64,000 bases of DNA from Dictyostelium discoideum (lineage: Eukaryota). The notes beneath the pieces were generated by a model, which searched no databases, was not told the origin of the DNA, and saw only the letters and a list, made by a program, of their open reading frames with translations. The stretch spans positions 2,656,001 through 2,720,000 of the forward strand of contig CM000150.2 of the NCBI GenBank assembly GCA_000004695.1. The letters run 5' to 3'. Each line of letters opens with the position of its first letter. Position 1 is the first letter of the stretch. Positions 1-25,141 of the stretch are shown in pieces. Both the position numbers and the translations under genes were made by a program.

Positions 1-1301
<1,301 letters not shown>

Positions 1302-1391
1302 AAAAATCAAATAAATAAATAAATAAATAAATAAACAAATAAATAAATAAAATTTTTTTTTTTTTTTTTTTTTAAATTAAATTATTTAAAT

Positions 1392-11176
<9,785 letters not shown>

Positions 11177-11759
11177 TTTTCTATATTTTTTTTTTATTAT
11201 TTTTGTTTTCTTTTGTTGTTTTTTTTTATTTTTTGCTTATTTTTTGATTTTTTTTTTTGTTTAATGTTTTTTTTTTGATTTTTTTTTTTTTTTTTTTTTT
11301 TTGATTTTTTAATAATTATTATTAAAATAAATATATGATTAAAAATATATGATTATATTATTAAATATTTATGTGCTTATAATAATAATAATGTATTATA
11401 AATATTATATATATTTATATATAATAAATATATTTACACGAGTGTATGTGTGTGTTTGGTGTGTGTGTGTGTGTGTTAAATTAATGAGTTTTAACAAAAA
11501 AAAAAAAAAAATAATAAAAAATAAAAAAAAATAAAATAAAAATTTGAAAAAAAAAATAATAAAAAAAAAAAAAATAAAATAAAATAAATTGAAAAAAATG
11601 ATTATTTGATTTTTTTGTAATGTTTTTACTAAACGTATAAATATATAAAATAAAACCTATAAATATATAAAATAAAAAAAAAAAAAAAATAAAAAAATAA
11701 AAAAATAAAAAAATAAAAAAAAATAAAAAATAAAAAAAAAATAAAAAAAAAAAAAAATT

Positions 11760-11797
<38 letters not shown>

Positions 11798-12446
11798 CAA
11801 AATAAAAAATTATTATTATCTTTTTTTTAAAATAAAAAATTATTGTTTTTAGCTTTATAAAAATTTAGGTAGATTTGAGAAACTGTTTTTTGTTTCCTTT
11901 TCAAATGTTTTTTTTTTTTTTTTTTTACTTTGGTCAATATTTAAAAAAAAAAAAAAAAAAAATTATAAAATTTTAATTAATGATATTTTTCAACAAATCA
12001 AAAGGTTAAATTAAACCAAATCAAATTCATCCAAGAATAATGTAATTAAATTTATATTTTTAATATTCATAAATATCATATATAATTATAAAAATTTCGA
12101 AATTGGGTAAAAATGGTTTCCCTCATTACCGACCATCAATTTGCCCAATTCATTTTTTTTTTTTATTTTTTTTTTATTTTCACTTTTTTTTTTTTTTTTT
12201 TTTTTTTTTGTTTTTTTTATTTGAAAAATAATTATTAATAATAAATGAATATATAAATTTCCAAAATTTGATTTTTTTTTTTTGTGGTTCTCAGCAAAAC
12301 TATTAATTTCCATAATCAAAATAAAAAAAATAAAAAAAATAAAAAAATAAATAAAAAAATAAATATTTATTTTTTTTTTTTTATTTTTTTATCCCATCAA
12401 TTTTTTATTTTAATTTATTTATTTAATAAATATAATAATAATTTAA

Positions 12447-14641
12447 TTATTTAGTTTCATTTGATAATGAAGATTCATTTGAATCATCATTTAAACTTTC
12501 AATACCACTTATAGTATTTCCAATTTGAGCAGAAGATTTTGAAAAACCAAAACTATTTGAACTATTGTTACGATTTGCACTTTCAGCACGAGCAGAGGCA
12601 ACAGCTGATTGTTTTCTTTGAGTGAAATGTTCATGTGATCCTTGTTTTTCATTACCAAATATTCTCCAAAACTTTGGTAAGAAAAAGATTAACAAAGCAC
12701 CAGTTGTAATGAAAATACCAGTAACACAAAGTATGATAGTTTCAGATTGTTTATCTTGTGGTGATATCATTAGTGGTACAATAACGAATAAACAAAAACT
12801 AATTGAATATAAAGTTTTGGCAATTGCTGTACATTCACTAAACTCCTCAATATGTACAATACGAATTTTCCATGACACAAATACACCCACCAATAAAAGT
12901 GTACCGAAATAAGCCAATATCGAATACAAAGTAGCCGCACCAGTATAATTCATTTTACAAATTGTCATGTACTCAAATTTACCCAACGAATCAATACCCT
13001 GTGCTTCGATTGCCTTTAAATCACCCACCGTTGTAATAATTGACATCAATACAATATTAATTACTAAACATAATCCAACCCATGGGTATAATTGGTTATT
13101 TGTAATTGTACGTATCTTTAATTCCGGATTATCAAATATTAACCAAATTCTAATATTTTTCACAACCAAACTACCAATCAATGTTGAAAATCCAATTGTA
13201 ACCAACCAAAATCTTGCATTACATTGATGTGTACTAATTGGTGCAACCCAAACAATAATACCAATAAAAATAATTACCCCACCCAATAATGTAAGATTTA
13301 AGAAAGATGGACTTGCTGAACGAATCGATGGTGTATCTTGATATTTAACAATACCAATCATCATTAAAATTACAAACCCAATTAATAATCCCGACACAAT
13401 TGAAAATCCAATTTGTATTGATCTTTGGAATTCAACCTAAATAATAATAAAATAATATTAATATACATTTAAATTAATAAATCGAAAAAAAGGGGAGGGG
13501 GGTTTACAAAACTTACTTTTGAAAATTTAATTGTATAATTTCCTAAATAATTCATATCACCAACTGGAGCATCTATACCAATGAAACCGGTGGTAGTTAT
13601 ACAGTTTGTTGTGTTTGGTTGTCTTGTTAAATTATATTTTTGAGTGTATCCTTCCATATATTCATTACAAAAGTATGGATGAAGAGTTCTGACATAGGAT
13701 GCAAATGATTTAGTTTGATTTATAATTTTAAATTTAGTCTCTGCTGAAACTTGGAAACCAAAACTAAGGTCGTACAAACTTAGGTTATTATCTTTATTAA
13801 AATCAGCATACCATTTGCTTGGTGGAATTTTATTTTTAACAGCAGATGCGATTGGAACGAAATATTTAGTCCAATTGTATGCATATGTATAAACTACATT
13901 CTCGCCATACACATCCCTCTGTGGGAACCCGTTTGTGCCAATGGCGTATCTGCCACGGGAGATCGCCACATTGCTGGCGGTGAAGTCGTCCAATGTATCA
14001 CCAATGACGTCACAGTCGTAGACATCGATGAGATTCTCGGCGGCGCCTTTGGTCTTGTCTTTGTCTAGGTAGCTACCGATGTTGTAGTAGTAGAATTTGA
14101 TATTTGGATTAACACTTTTAGCACCGAGCCAGAAAGCATACACAAAACAATCACTGGCGCCTGCAGTGATGCCAGGTGAGATGAAGCCAATTTTGTTGGT
14201 TTTGGTTTGCAAGCCTGCAAACATGCCGCTGAGGTAATTCACCGATGCGTAGTTGTAAGTGAATTGAATTAAGTTCTTGGTTGTTGCTCCACTACCTCTT
14301 ACTAGAAATTGAGTTTTAATCTCTGTACTATTGACATACATTGCAGCAATTTCTTTACATGCATCGCCATGGTCAAGACTGGAACAAATTACTAAATCAA
14401 TATCATCATTTTGAATGATTGGTAATAATAACTCATAAGTATCATTTCTTCCAGAAACTACAAATAATCTTGAATCTTCAATATCCATTGCTTTAGTTAC
14501 ACCAATTCTACCTAGATTAATCATATTATTCCAACCCAAATCACTTGGTGGTCCAGTTGTTAAAGTTATCATTTTAAAACTTTCAATTGAATTAATAATA
14601 AAACATATTATTAAAATTATTGATAAAATTAATTTTATCAT
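12447..14641 (-). CDS. Family-3 (metabotropic glutamate/GABA-B-like) GPCR with an N-terminal BMP/PnrA-type periplasmic-binding domain. It has 2 exons (14641..13517, 13436..12447) and is about 704 aa.
   Basis: Exon 1 encodes a signal peptide (MIKLILSIILIICFIINSIES) followed by a BMP-family lipoprotein-like fold (GFISPGITAGASDCFVYAFWLGAKSVNPNIKFYYYN). Its AAA|GTAAGT donor at 13517 and the ttatttag|GTT acceptor at 13436 join in phase 0 to the track's 316-aa ORF. That ORF holds 7 hydrophobic TM segments, and its TM3 motif HQCNARFW (TM3-associated Cys) fits the Dictyostelium Grl family. Confidence 0.7.
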
Positions 14642-14768
14642 TTTTTTTTTTTTTTTTTTTATTTTTTAATTTTAAATAATAATAAATTTATTAATTTAAC
14701 TATTTATAAAAATAATATATTATTATTATTTTTATTACTATTATTAAGTATAATTTTATTTGATTAAT

Positions 14769-14804
<36 letters not shown>

Positions 14805-15067
14805 AATATACTATAAATATTAAATTGCCAAAGATTTTTTATAGCGAATTCATTTTAGATTCACTTGTTAAATTCCAAAACATATATTTTTGGGGTCTGT
14901 AATAGAATTGTTTAATATAAAATAAGAAAGCCACCACTTTTTATTTTTTTTTTTTAAAGAATTTTGGTTTTTTTATTTGAACACTAAAAGACAAAAGAAA
15001 TGAATAAACGAAGGACTTTTGGCACATCAATGATTATTGGTAAATGTTTTTTATCAATTGATCCACA

Positions 15068-15109
<42 letters not shown>

Positions 15110-15494
15110 AAATAAAACAATCATAATTTGAAACTTAACCATGAAAAATCCAAAAAAAAAAAATCGGGAAACCACAAAACAAAGATTATTGGAAAAAAAT
15201 CTTTTCAAAAATTAAAGAGTCAGAGCCAATTCGAATATTTCATTTGTTTATTTTTTTTTTTTTTTTTTTAAATAGATCACTCTTTAAAATTCCACAATAC
15301 TTTATTTATTTCTTTTTTTTTTCTTTTTTTTTTTCTTTTTCTTTTATTAATAACAATAAGTTAATTTTTTTTCTTTTTCAATTTAATTCTTTTTTTTTTT
15401 TTTTTCATTTAAATAAATATTTCAAACTCAAACCATGAAAAAAATTAAAAATTTGATTTTTTCACAAATCTATAAACAAATTTATAATATTATT

Positions 15495-15530
<36 letters not shown>

Positions 15531-15655
15531 AAACATTATAATGATTATAACATTGATTTTTTTTTTTTTTTTAATAAAAAAAAATTTTAAATACCATTAC
15601 AACACTAATGTTGAATATAATAATTTCTTTGAATAATGCAAACCATTTTTTCTAG

Positions 15656-15691
<36 letters not shown>

Positions 15692-17128
15692 TGCACCAAT
15701 CAATTAAAAAAACTAAAAAAATTATTGGACAAAACTACTTTTGATCCGCATCTTTATCTTTCCAAAAAATACTTTTAAATTTTTAAATTAAGAATAAATG
15801 ACGCTAAAAAAAAAATTAAAAAAAAAATAAAAGAAGAAAAAGAAAAGTATTTTTAAAAAAAAAATAAAAAAGAAAAAATAAGATAATTGAAAATAAAAAA
15901 AAAAAGAAAAAAAGAAAAATAATAAAAAATATTTTTTATATAAATTTTTTAATTTTGTTTAATAATTAATTTTTAATTTCTTTTTTTTTTTTTTTTTTTT
16001 TTTTTTTTCATTATTGATTATTGATAAGGTTTGAAGAAATGTAATATTTGCAGGGATTGATATTCACTGTCCGGGATTTTATAATTTTTATAAAATTTTA
16101 ATCAAACCTAATAAAAAAATAAAATTTTATATAAAAAAAATTAGCGACAGTGATCTTGTTCATGAGATTCAAAAATTTTTTTTTTTTTATTATTATTTTT
16201 TTTTTTCTTTTCAATTTTTTTTTTTCCAAAATGCTCTTATTTTTTTTTTTTTTTTCTTTTTTTTTTTTATCTAGTTATAATTTCATTATTATTTATTTGT
16301 TTATATATTTTATTTATTATTTTTTTTATTTATTTATTTATTTTTATTATTAAATTTTTTAAATTTGAAAGTATAAAAACAAATCAAAAAAAAAAAAAAG
16401 TAAAAATAAATTATTTTTTTTTTTTTTTCCGCGGTGTAACCCCAAAAAAAAAAAAAAATTAAAAAAAAAAGATATTTTTGAAAAACTTTTTAAAAATATC
16501 TTTTTTTTTTTTAATTTTTTTTTTTTAGTTTTTTTTTTTTTTTTCTTTTTTTTGTGAAAAAAAAAATTGCCCTTAGAAAAAAGAAAAAAAAAAATAATAA
16601 TAGTAATAATAGTAATAATAAAAATATTAATATAAAAAAAAAAAAAAAAAAAAAAAAGAATTCTTTAAACAACTCACACAAACACTAAAAAAAAACAAAT
16701 AAATAAATAAATCTATTTATACATTTTAATAAAAAAAAAAAAAAAAAAAAAAAAAGTTTTTATAGCATCAATCATTTTGGTAAGAATCTACTTTATTTGT
16801 TCGTTTAATATATTTTTATGTGGTGATTGTTGTTTTTAATTTATCATCAATAAAAGTGGTTTGTACCTTTTTGTTTAAATTTATTTTTAATTTCTTATAA
16901 AATTTTAAAATCTCGATCAACTTCAACACACACACACACTTACACAATCAAATGCATTGTAGTCTTTAAGAATTTTTTTTTATTTTTTTGTTAATTTTTT
17001 TTTTGCCTTTTTTCATTTTGTGTGTATTAAATATATATGCACTATTGTTGATCTAGATTTATTGATAATAAAACACACACACACGCTCCCTAAAAACTTG
17101 TTTATTTTTAAAAAAAAAATTTTTCCTG

Positions 17129-17163
<35 letters not shown>

Positions 17164-17436
17164 ACACCAATATTTGTTCTTTTTTTAACCAAATTGGGTT
17201 TTTTAATCATGATAATTATAAAATTTTTTTATTGTTTAATTTTTTTTTTTAAAAAAATAATTTTTTAATGTTTGTTTTTTTTTTTTTTTTTTTTTTATAT
17301 GTCAAACAATTTTTATCTTTTGAAAAAAATAATTATAAAGAAATTTATTTAGTAAAGAGAAAAAAAATAATTCTTAAGTGAGTAAAAATTTTAAAATTAA
17401 ATAGTGTTAAGAAAAAAAAAAAAAATAAAAAAAAAA

Positions 17437-17471
<35 letters not shown>

Positions 17472-18042
17472 GTGTTTTTATACACTTTTTGATGTTCTCA
17501 CATAATTAATGATAACAACATGTGGTATCAAAAAATAAATAAAATTTATTTTATTTATTTTTTTATTATATTCATACCACACACCCAAACCAAATATATC
17601 CAAATTATCTATACAAATATTTATTTGATCACACATAACAAACACTACTGTACGAAAAAGGAGACTTTATTTTATTTTATTTTATTTTATTATTTTTTTT
17701 ATTTGAGAATGGCAATATTCTACAACACACACATAAAAAAAAAATATATATATTTTAAATATATTTGTTTTTTTTTTATTTTTATTTTTTTTTTTTTTAT
17801 TTTTTATCTTATTTTTTCTTTTTTTTTTTTTTTTTAATTTTTTTATTTTCTTACTATTTGTTTTTTTATTTTTTTTATTTTGTTAATATCAATTATTTTG
17901 TATTATCATCAAAAAAAAAAAAAAAAAAAAAAATAAAGTTTCATCATCAATATCATCATCAGAACAATCATAACCACCATCTATAAATTGACAATTAATC
18001 AAATTTTGCGATTTATATAATTTTTATCTGATTAAGAAGAAA

Positions 18043-18137
<95 letters not shown>

Positions 18138-18199
18138 TATAAAAAAAAAAAAAAAAAAAAAAAAACCGAAAAATGGTTGGTATAAACAAAACAATAAAT

Positions 18200-18233
<34 letters not shown>

Positions 18234-18577
18234 TTATTTTATTTTAATAATATTTTTTTTTTTTTTTTTTTTATTTTTTTTTTTTTTTTTTGCACTTAAC
18301 TATATTATTTTATGTGTGTTGTTGTTTTGTTGTCTAAGTGTGGTTTGTGGATTTAAAAAGAAAAACAAAACAAAACAAAACAAAAAAAAAAGAAAAAAAA
18401 AAAAAAATATAATAATAATTTAATACCTATTACACGCATTCATCAAATTTTTTTATCTTTATTTATATATATATATATATTTATATGGTATGATTTTCAA
18501 AATAATATTTGTAATATTTTATTTTAATTTACAAATTATAATTGAATCAGTATCTGTTATTGGTATATTAATATTTT

Positions 18578-18640
18578 TTTTGTGTGTGTGTGTGTGTATA
18601 TGTTGTGTATTTGTGTGTGAAGGGTTGGAGGGGTCAATCT
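18578..18640. repeat. (TG)n / TG-rich microsatellite.
   Basis: tgtgtgtgtgtgtgtatatgttgtgtatttgtgtgtg is seen directly. A similar (TG)n lies at 11443-11480. Confidence 0.85.
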
Positions 18641-19535
18641 CTAATAATATTGACATTAGATAGTATAAAAAAAAAATAAAAAAAAATAAAAAAAAATAAT
18701 AAAAAAAATAAAAATAAAAATATAACACATTTAGCATATTGTTATAAATCAACTTAGAGATTATTTATTATTATTTTTTTTTTTTTTAAAAAAAAAAAAT
18801 AAACAAAGTAAAAAAAAAGTGGATAAATGTTTAAAAAATCTCAATTTTATTTTTATGTGTCTCAGTCTTTCACGACAAATATTTTAAGAACAATAGTAAT
18901 AGAACAATAATAATAATAATAAATGTAATAACAATAATATTTATGATAATAAAAAAAAAAAATAATAATAAAAAAAAATAATAATAAAATAATAGTAATA
19001 ATAATATTCTCTTTTTTTTTGCTACTAAAAAAAAATAAAATTTAAGCACACCCCTTTGTATCATATCCAACCAAATACTGTTCATATGCGATAATAACAA
19101 CAACTCACCATGTTATAAATGAATAAATAATTAAAATAATTAAAATAATTAAAATAAATAATTTAAATAATTTAAATAAATAAATAATAAATAAATAATT
19201 AAAATAAATAAAAAAAAAACACCATCACACACTAAAAAAAAAAAAAAACACTCGCCAAAAACAAACACACTCACACCCACTCACAAATATATTGTGCGTA
19301 ATAAATATAATAGTTCAAAAAAAAAAAACCCGCTTTAGGGTGGTGTGACTAGCTTTCTTTTATTATTATTTTAATTGTTTTGATTTTTATTTTTTATTAT
19401 TATTATTTTTAATTTTTTAATTTTTTTTTTTTTTTAATTTTTTTTTTTTTTTTTTTTTTATTGAGTGTTAGTTTGTCTGTTTGTTATATTATTTTTATCA
19501 TTATTATAACTATCAAAATAATATATAATTATTTA

Positions 19536-19569
<34 letters not shown>

Positions 19570-20040
19570 TTTAAATAGTTTTTTTTTTTTTTTTTTTTTT
19601 TTTTGGTTTAAGTTGGGTTAGTTTTAACTTTTTTTTCGGTGTGTTTTAAAAATAATAATAGTGGATGAAAAATAAATGAATAAATAAAAATAAATAAAAA
19701 AATAAAAAATAATTAAATTAAAAAAAAAAAAAAAACAAATAAAAAAAAAAAATAAACACAGTGTTTAATTATTTTTTTTTTTTTTCTTTTTTTTTTTCAA
19801 AAAAATAAATAAATAAATTAGTAATATACTAACATCCTTTATTATTATTATTTTTTTTTCTAAAAATAGATACTCCACTTTTTCTCCTTTTTCCAAAAAA
19901 TTTTGACAATTATCTTAAAAAAAAAAAAAAAAAAAAAAATTTTTTTTTTAAATAACGATTACCAACCCTGTATATAAAAAAAAAAAAAAAAAAAAAAAAA
20001 CAAACAAAATTAAATAGTAAAAACATATATATAAACAAAG

Positions 20041-20593
20041 ATGACAAAAAAAGATAATAATATTAAATTAAAAACTAGTAATAGTTTACCATCATCACCA
20101 AATGGTGCAACTAAAATTAAGAAATCCAATTCGTCAAATTTAAAGAAATCATCAACTTCTGAAAGATTAAATGGTAAAGTTAGTAATAATAGTAATATAT
20201 ATAATGATGACATTCAAATTGAATTCACTAAAGATGATGTGCCATTCTCAAAACAAACATTAAATAATCTTGGCTTATTATTAAATAATCATACAACTCG
20301 TAGAATCTTTATTCAATTTTCAGAGAAGGAACATTCACATAATCATGTTTTGTTTTGGCAAGAAACTAAAGAATACAAAGAGAAATTCATTGAAATTAAT
20401 CAAGAACAATTATCAACTCAACCAGAACAACAACAAGCAACAACTTCAACATCCTCTTCAACTTCTTCTTTACAACCACAACAATCACAACAACAACAAT
20501 CATCTTCATCTTCTTCCTCATCATCATCACAACAAAACTCAACACAACAATTATCTAATTTAGTTACTGATAATAATAATATAAATAATAATA

Positions 20594-20644
<51 letters not shown>

Positions 20645-21561
20645 TAAATAATATAAATAATAACAATAGTAATAATAATAATATAAATAATAATAATAAT
20701 ATAAATAATAATAATAATAATAATATAAATAATAATATAAATAATAATAATAATAATAATATAAATAATAATAATAATAATAATAATACAACTACTACAA
20801 CTACAACCACAAGTAATAAATCATCACCAGTAATGCCATCTATAACACCAAATACTCTTGCATCTGATCATACAATGGCTGAGGCACCACAACATGGTTC
20901 TTCACCAACTTCAATGACTGTAGAATTAAAAAATCACAAAGGTGATAATTCACCAAGTTCAAGTACTCCACGTATTAAATCAATAAATGGCGCAAATAAT
21001 ATAAATGACGACGCTGCCTCTTCTTCTTCTTCTTCCTCATTATCATCGAAAAAAGAAAATAATAATACAAATAATAATAATAACAATACAAATAATAATT
21101 TAACATCATCACCAATTCAAAATAGAAAAATTACAAATAGACGTAGTCAATTTTTATCAGGTAATCGTGTTTCAAGAGAATCAACACCAGATGATAATAC
21201 AGATGATGAAGAAAATGAAATTGCAATGATGCAAAAATCCAATCTTAAAAACTGTCTTTATATATTTGATAAATACCTAACTCCATCGTCCGAACTTGAG
21301 GTGAATTTAGATTTCAAAACCTTTATTGAAATAAAGAAAAAAATTGATCAAAACCAAATCACTGTAAATATCTTTGAAAAATCCCAAAAAGAAATCCAAG
21401 AAGTTATTGCAAATGACTCTTATTTCCGTTATAAGTCTTCAACAACATTTAAATATCTATTAAATTGTGCTGAACAATTTGAAAAAGATAATAGTTTAAT
21501 ACCTTCATCTGATGATAAACCAAAATTAAAATCTAGAAAATCAAAGTTTTTTTGTATGTAA
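20041..21561 (+). CDS. RGS-domain protein of 506 aa. The RGS domain is split by a long poly-Gln/Ser/Asn/Thr insert.
   Basis: The N-terminal segment (FSKQTLNNLGLLLNNHTTRRIFIQFSEKEHSHNHVLFWQETKEYKEKF) matches the RGS a4-a5 consensus (F..FL.SEF.EENL.FW...E.YK). The C-terminal segment (LYIFDKYLTPSSELEVNLDFKTFIEIKKKIDQNQITVNIFEKSQKEIQEVIANDSYFRYKSS) matches the RGS a6-a9 consensus (IY..Y..S..EVN.D..T...I......F..AQ..I...M..DSY.RF). About 270 residues of low complexity lie between the two segments. Confidence 0.65.
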
Positions 21562-22065
21562 TAATAATAAAAATTTAAAAACTAATAAAAAAAAAAAAAA
21601 AAAAAAAAAATTAAAAAAAAAAAAAAAAAAACTATTTTATTACATATATATAACTTTTTTTTTTTTTTTTTTTTTTTTTTGGGTCTATTTTTGGATTAAA
21701 CTTTTTCAAAGGCATATTCTTTTTTTATTTTTTTATTTTTTTTTTATTTTTTTTTTTTTCCAATAATCAGTTGGGTCGTCCCAATCAGTTTTTGTGATAT
21801 TTTTTTTTTTTTTTTTTTAATTTTTTTTTTTTTTTATACATTTTTTTTTTTTTTTTTTTTTAATCACTTTTTTCATATTCCTTTTTTTTATCATCATTTG
21901 CAGATAATTTTGTACTTTTACCTTTTTTTTTTTTTTTTTTTTTAATAATAACAATAATAATAGTTTTTTAAAAAAAACTTTGTATAATAATTTATAAATA
22001 ATTTTTTTATTTTTGTTTTAGAAAAAAAAAAAGTAAATAATAATAATAATAATAATAAAAAAGAA

Positions 22066-24954
22066 ATGTTTAAAGTATCAAAATATAGACACACAGTTGG
22101 TAAAATTGATAAACGTGAACTTTGGTATCCAGATGTAAATACAACAGGAAATAGTTCAGCATCAACATTTATTAAAGCCAATTCAAAATGGGTAGCATTA
22201 AATTGGCAATCAAATACTGGTACTATTGGTTTAATTCCATTGAAATCATTTGGAAAGAGAAAAGGTGAAACCTTTTTAATTCATGCACATTCATCAGGTG
22301 TTATAGATTTTGAATTCAATCCATTCAATGAACATCAATTGGTGACAGCATCAGATGATTCAACAATTAAAGTTTGGAATATTGATGAAGCAATTAGATC
22401 AGGTGCAACATCATTATCAAGTGCATCAATTGTTTGTAGTGGACATTCGAAATCAGTTGAATGTATAGCATTCAATCCAGTTGCTAATAATATTTTAGCA
22501 TCATGTTCAGCTGATAAAACTTTAAAAATTTGGGATCTTTCAAATGGGGAGGAGAAATACAGTTGGAATTTTGAACAAGGTTCATTGACATCATTATCAT
22601 GGAATTATGATGGTTCATTATTGGTTGCCACTGGTAAAGATTTAAAGAATAGAATTATCGATGCAAGAACTGGTGAATCAATTCAAGTTGGCGATGGTAA
22701 TCAAGGTGTAAAAGCATCACGTGTCGTTTGGTTAGGTAATTTAAATCATTTCTTAACAGCTGGTTTCTCAAAAATGAGAGAGAGACAATTGGTACTTTGG
22801 TCAAGTCAAGATCTATCAAAACCAATTAAATCGATAACTTTGGATAGTTCAACTGGTATTATCTCACCAATCTATGATCAAGATGCTCAATTATTATTCA
22901 TCTCTGGTAGTGGTGATTCTTCAGTTCGTGTTTTCGATATGAATACCCAATTCACAAAGGATCCAGCTTTCACAGAGTTATCACCTGTACCATCTGATAC
23001 TCCTTCAAAAGGTATTTGTGCATTACCAAAGAGAGCTTTAGATGTAATGGAAGTTGAAATTGATCGTATCTTTAAGGCAACTCCAAATAATATCATTCCA
23101 ATCACTTTTAACATGTCTAGAAAATCAAAATCAACCTTTGCTGATGATCTCTTCCCAAATACCGCTTCAACTAAACCATCTTTATCTTCAATTGATTGGT
23201 TATCTGGTGAAAATAAACAACCAATTTTAGTTAGTTTGAATCCTTCTGATAATCAAATTAATAACGATTTAGATGATTTACAATTAAATGATAATGAACC
23301 AGTTAAAAAATCAACATTTTTCATTGATGATAATACAAATGATAATAGTAATGTTGTTGAACAATCAAAATCAGAACCAGAACAACAACAACAAGAAGAA
23401 AAGAAAATTTCATCATCATCATCATCATCATCACCAACTAATTCATCATCAAATGTAATAAATAGTACACCATCATCACCAATAGTTAATGATAATATTC
23501 AACGTACTGGTATTGTACCAAAAGTTGTACGTTCATCAAAATATAGACATATTTCAGGATCTGCTCATCAAAAGAGTCAATTTTATACAAATTTAAAAAT
23601 TAATGGAAGTACTTCAAATACATGTATTGCAGTTAATAGTGAATATGTTGCAGTACCAATGGTTGGTATTGGTGGTCCATTAGCTGTTATTCCATTAGCT
23701 GATAAAGGTCGTCAAATTCAAGTACCATGTATTGAGATTGGTAGTCAATTATGTGATTATGATTTATCACAACATAATACATCGTTGGTTGCAACTGGTT
23801 CAGAGGATTCTCATGTTAAAGTATTCAAAATTCCAACTGGTGGAATTCCAAAAACTACCGCTAATAAATCAAATAATTACACTACAACCGAGGCAGATTT
23901 CGTTGGTCATAATAGAAAAGTGATCTCTGTTAATTTCCATCCAACCGCTGAAAATGTTTTAATTACAAGTGGTGGTGATATGGTTGTAAAACTTTGGGAT
24001 CTCAATGAAGGTGGTGCCGGTGAGAAATTATCATTTGCAAATGTTCACACCGATATGATTACAAGTGTAGATGTAAATTGGACAGGTGATAAGATTTTAA
24101 CATCAAGTAAAGATAAGAAAATGCGTATTTTCGATCCACGTACTAATAAAGGTGGTTTAGCTAGTGAAACAGTCACTCATTCAGGATCAAAAGGTGGTAA
24201 GGCAGTTTGGTTAGGTCAAACTGGAAATATTTTCAGTGTTGGTTTTAATAAATCATCTGAACGTGAATATCAACTTTGGGATAGTAGAAATCTTCAATCA
24301 GGTACACCATTAGCTTCTGATAAACTCGATCATTTATCAGGTGTAATTACACCATTCTATGACGAAGATAGTGGTGTCATTTATTTAGCAGGTAAAGGTG
24401 ATTCAAGTATTCGTATGTTTGAAATCAATGATCAAGAACCATACGTACATTATCTCACACAATTCTCTGCTGGTACTCCACAAGTTGGTGTTGCTAAATT
24501 TGCCAAGAAAACTTCAATGGATGTTAAGAAATGTGAAATCGCTCGTTTCTATCGTTCAACCGATTCAACCATTGAACCACTCTCAATGACTGTACCAAGA
24601 AATCGTCAAGAATTCTTCCAAGATGATATTTATCCTGATACTCGTCAAACTTGTACACCAGTTATGACCTCTGAAGAATGGTTCGATGGTTGTATTCGTG
24701 AACCAGAATTCGTCTCCATGAAACCTTCAGATATGATTAATCTTTCTGATGCTCCACCACCACCAAAGAAAGAAGATAAATTCGTTGTCAGTCAAGAAGT
24801 TGACAATACTCCTTCAAGAGATCAAGTTACTAATTCTCTCTTATCTCGTGTTTCAAATCAAAATGCTTCAAGTAATTGGGAACAAATTGAAAAATTAAAA
24901 CATAATTTCACTGATTATGATAATGGTGATATTTCTGATAGTGAATGGGATTAA
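22066..24954 (+). CDS. corB: Coronin 7-type tandem coronin (POD-1-like), with two WD40 coronin propellers, 962 aa, single exon.
   Basis: The coronin N-terminal signature (SKYRHTVGK..., WD repeats) appears twice. The second copy begins around [25 protein letters not shown]. Size and architecture fit Dictyostelium CRN7 (corB). Confidence 0.85.
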
Positions 24955-25141
24955 ATTAAATTAAATTAATTTCAAAATTAAATAATTACAAAAAAAAAAA
25001 AAAAAAAAAAAATCATTGTCAATATTATACTAAAAATAAAAAAAAATAAAAAAATTATTTATTTTAAATACTAAAATAATTAAATATTATATTTATTTTT
25101 TTATTTTCATAAATATTGTTATTTTATTTTTATTATTATTT

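Noticed and set aside
12086-12319. A 77-aa minus-strand ORF rich in Lys.
   Set aside because: It derives from a poly(A/T) tract in the pats1/GPCR intergenic region and has no domain signal.
12622-13227. Plus-strand ORFs of 96 and 86 aa.
   Set aside because: They are antisense to the 7TM exon of the Grl-like GPCR gene.
15244-19103. Several 60-80-aa ORFs in the AT-rich desert (15244.., 16150.., 17013.., 17520.., 17765.., 18519.., 18870..).
   Set aside because: They are composed almost entirely of F/K/I/L/Y from A/T homopolymers. They lack a credible start context or splice partners, which fits random ORFs in DNA of about 10% GC.
22887-24589. Short ORFs on either strand within corB.
   Set aside because: They are antisense to, or in alternative frames of, the 962-aa coronin ORF.
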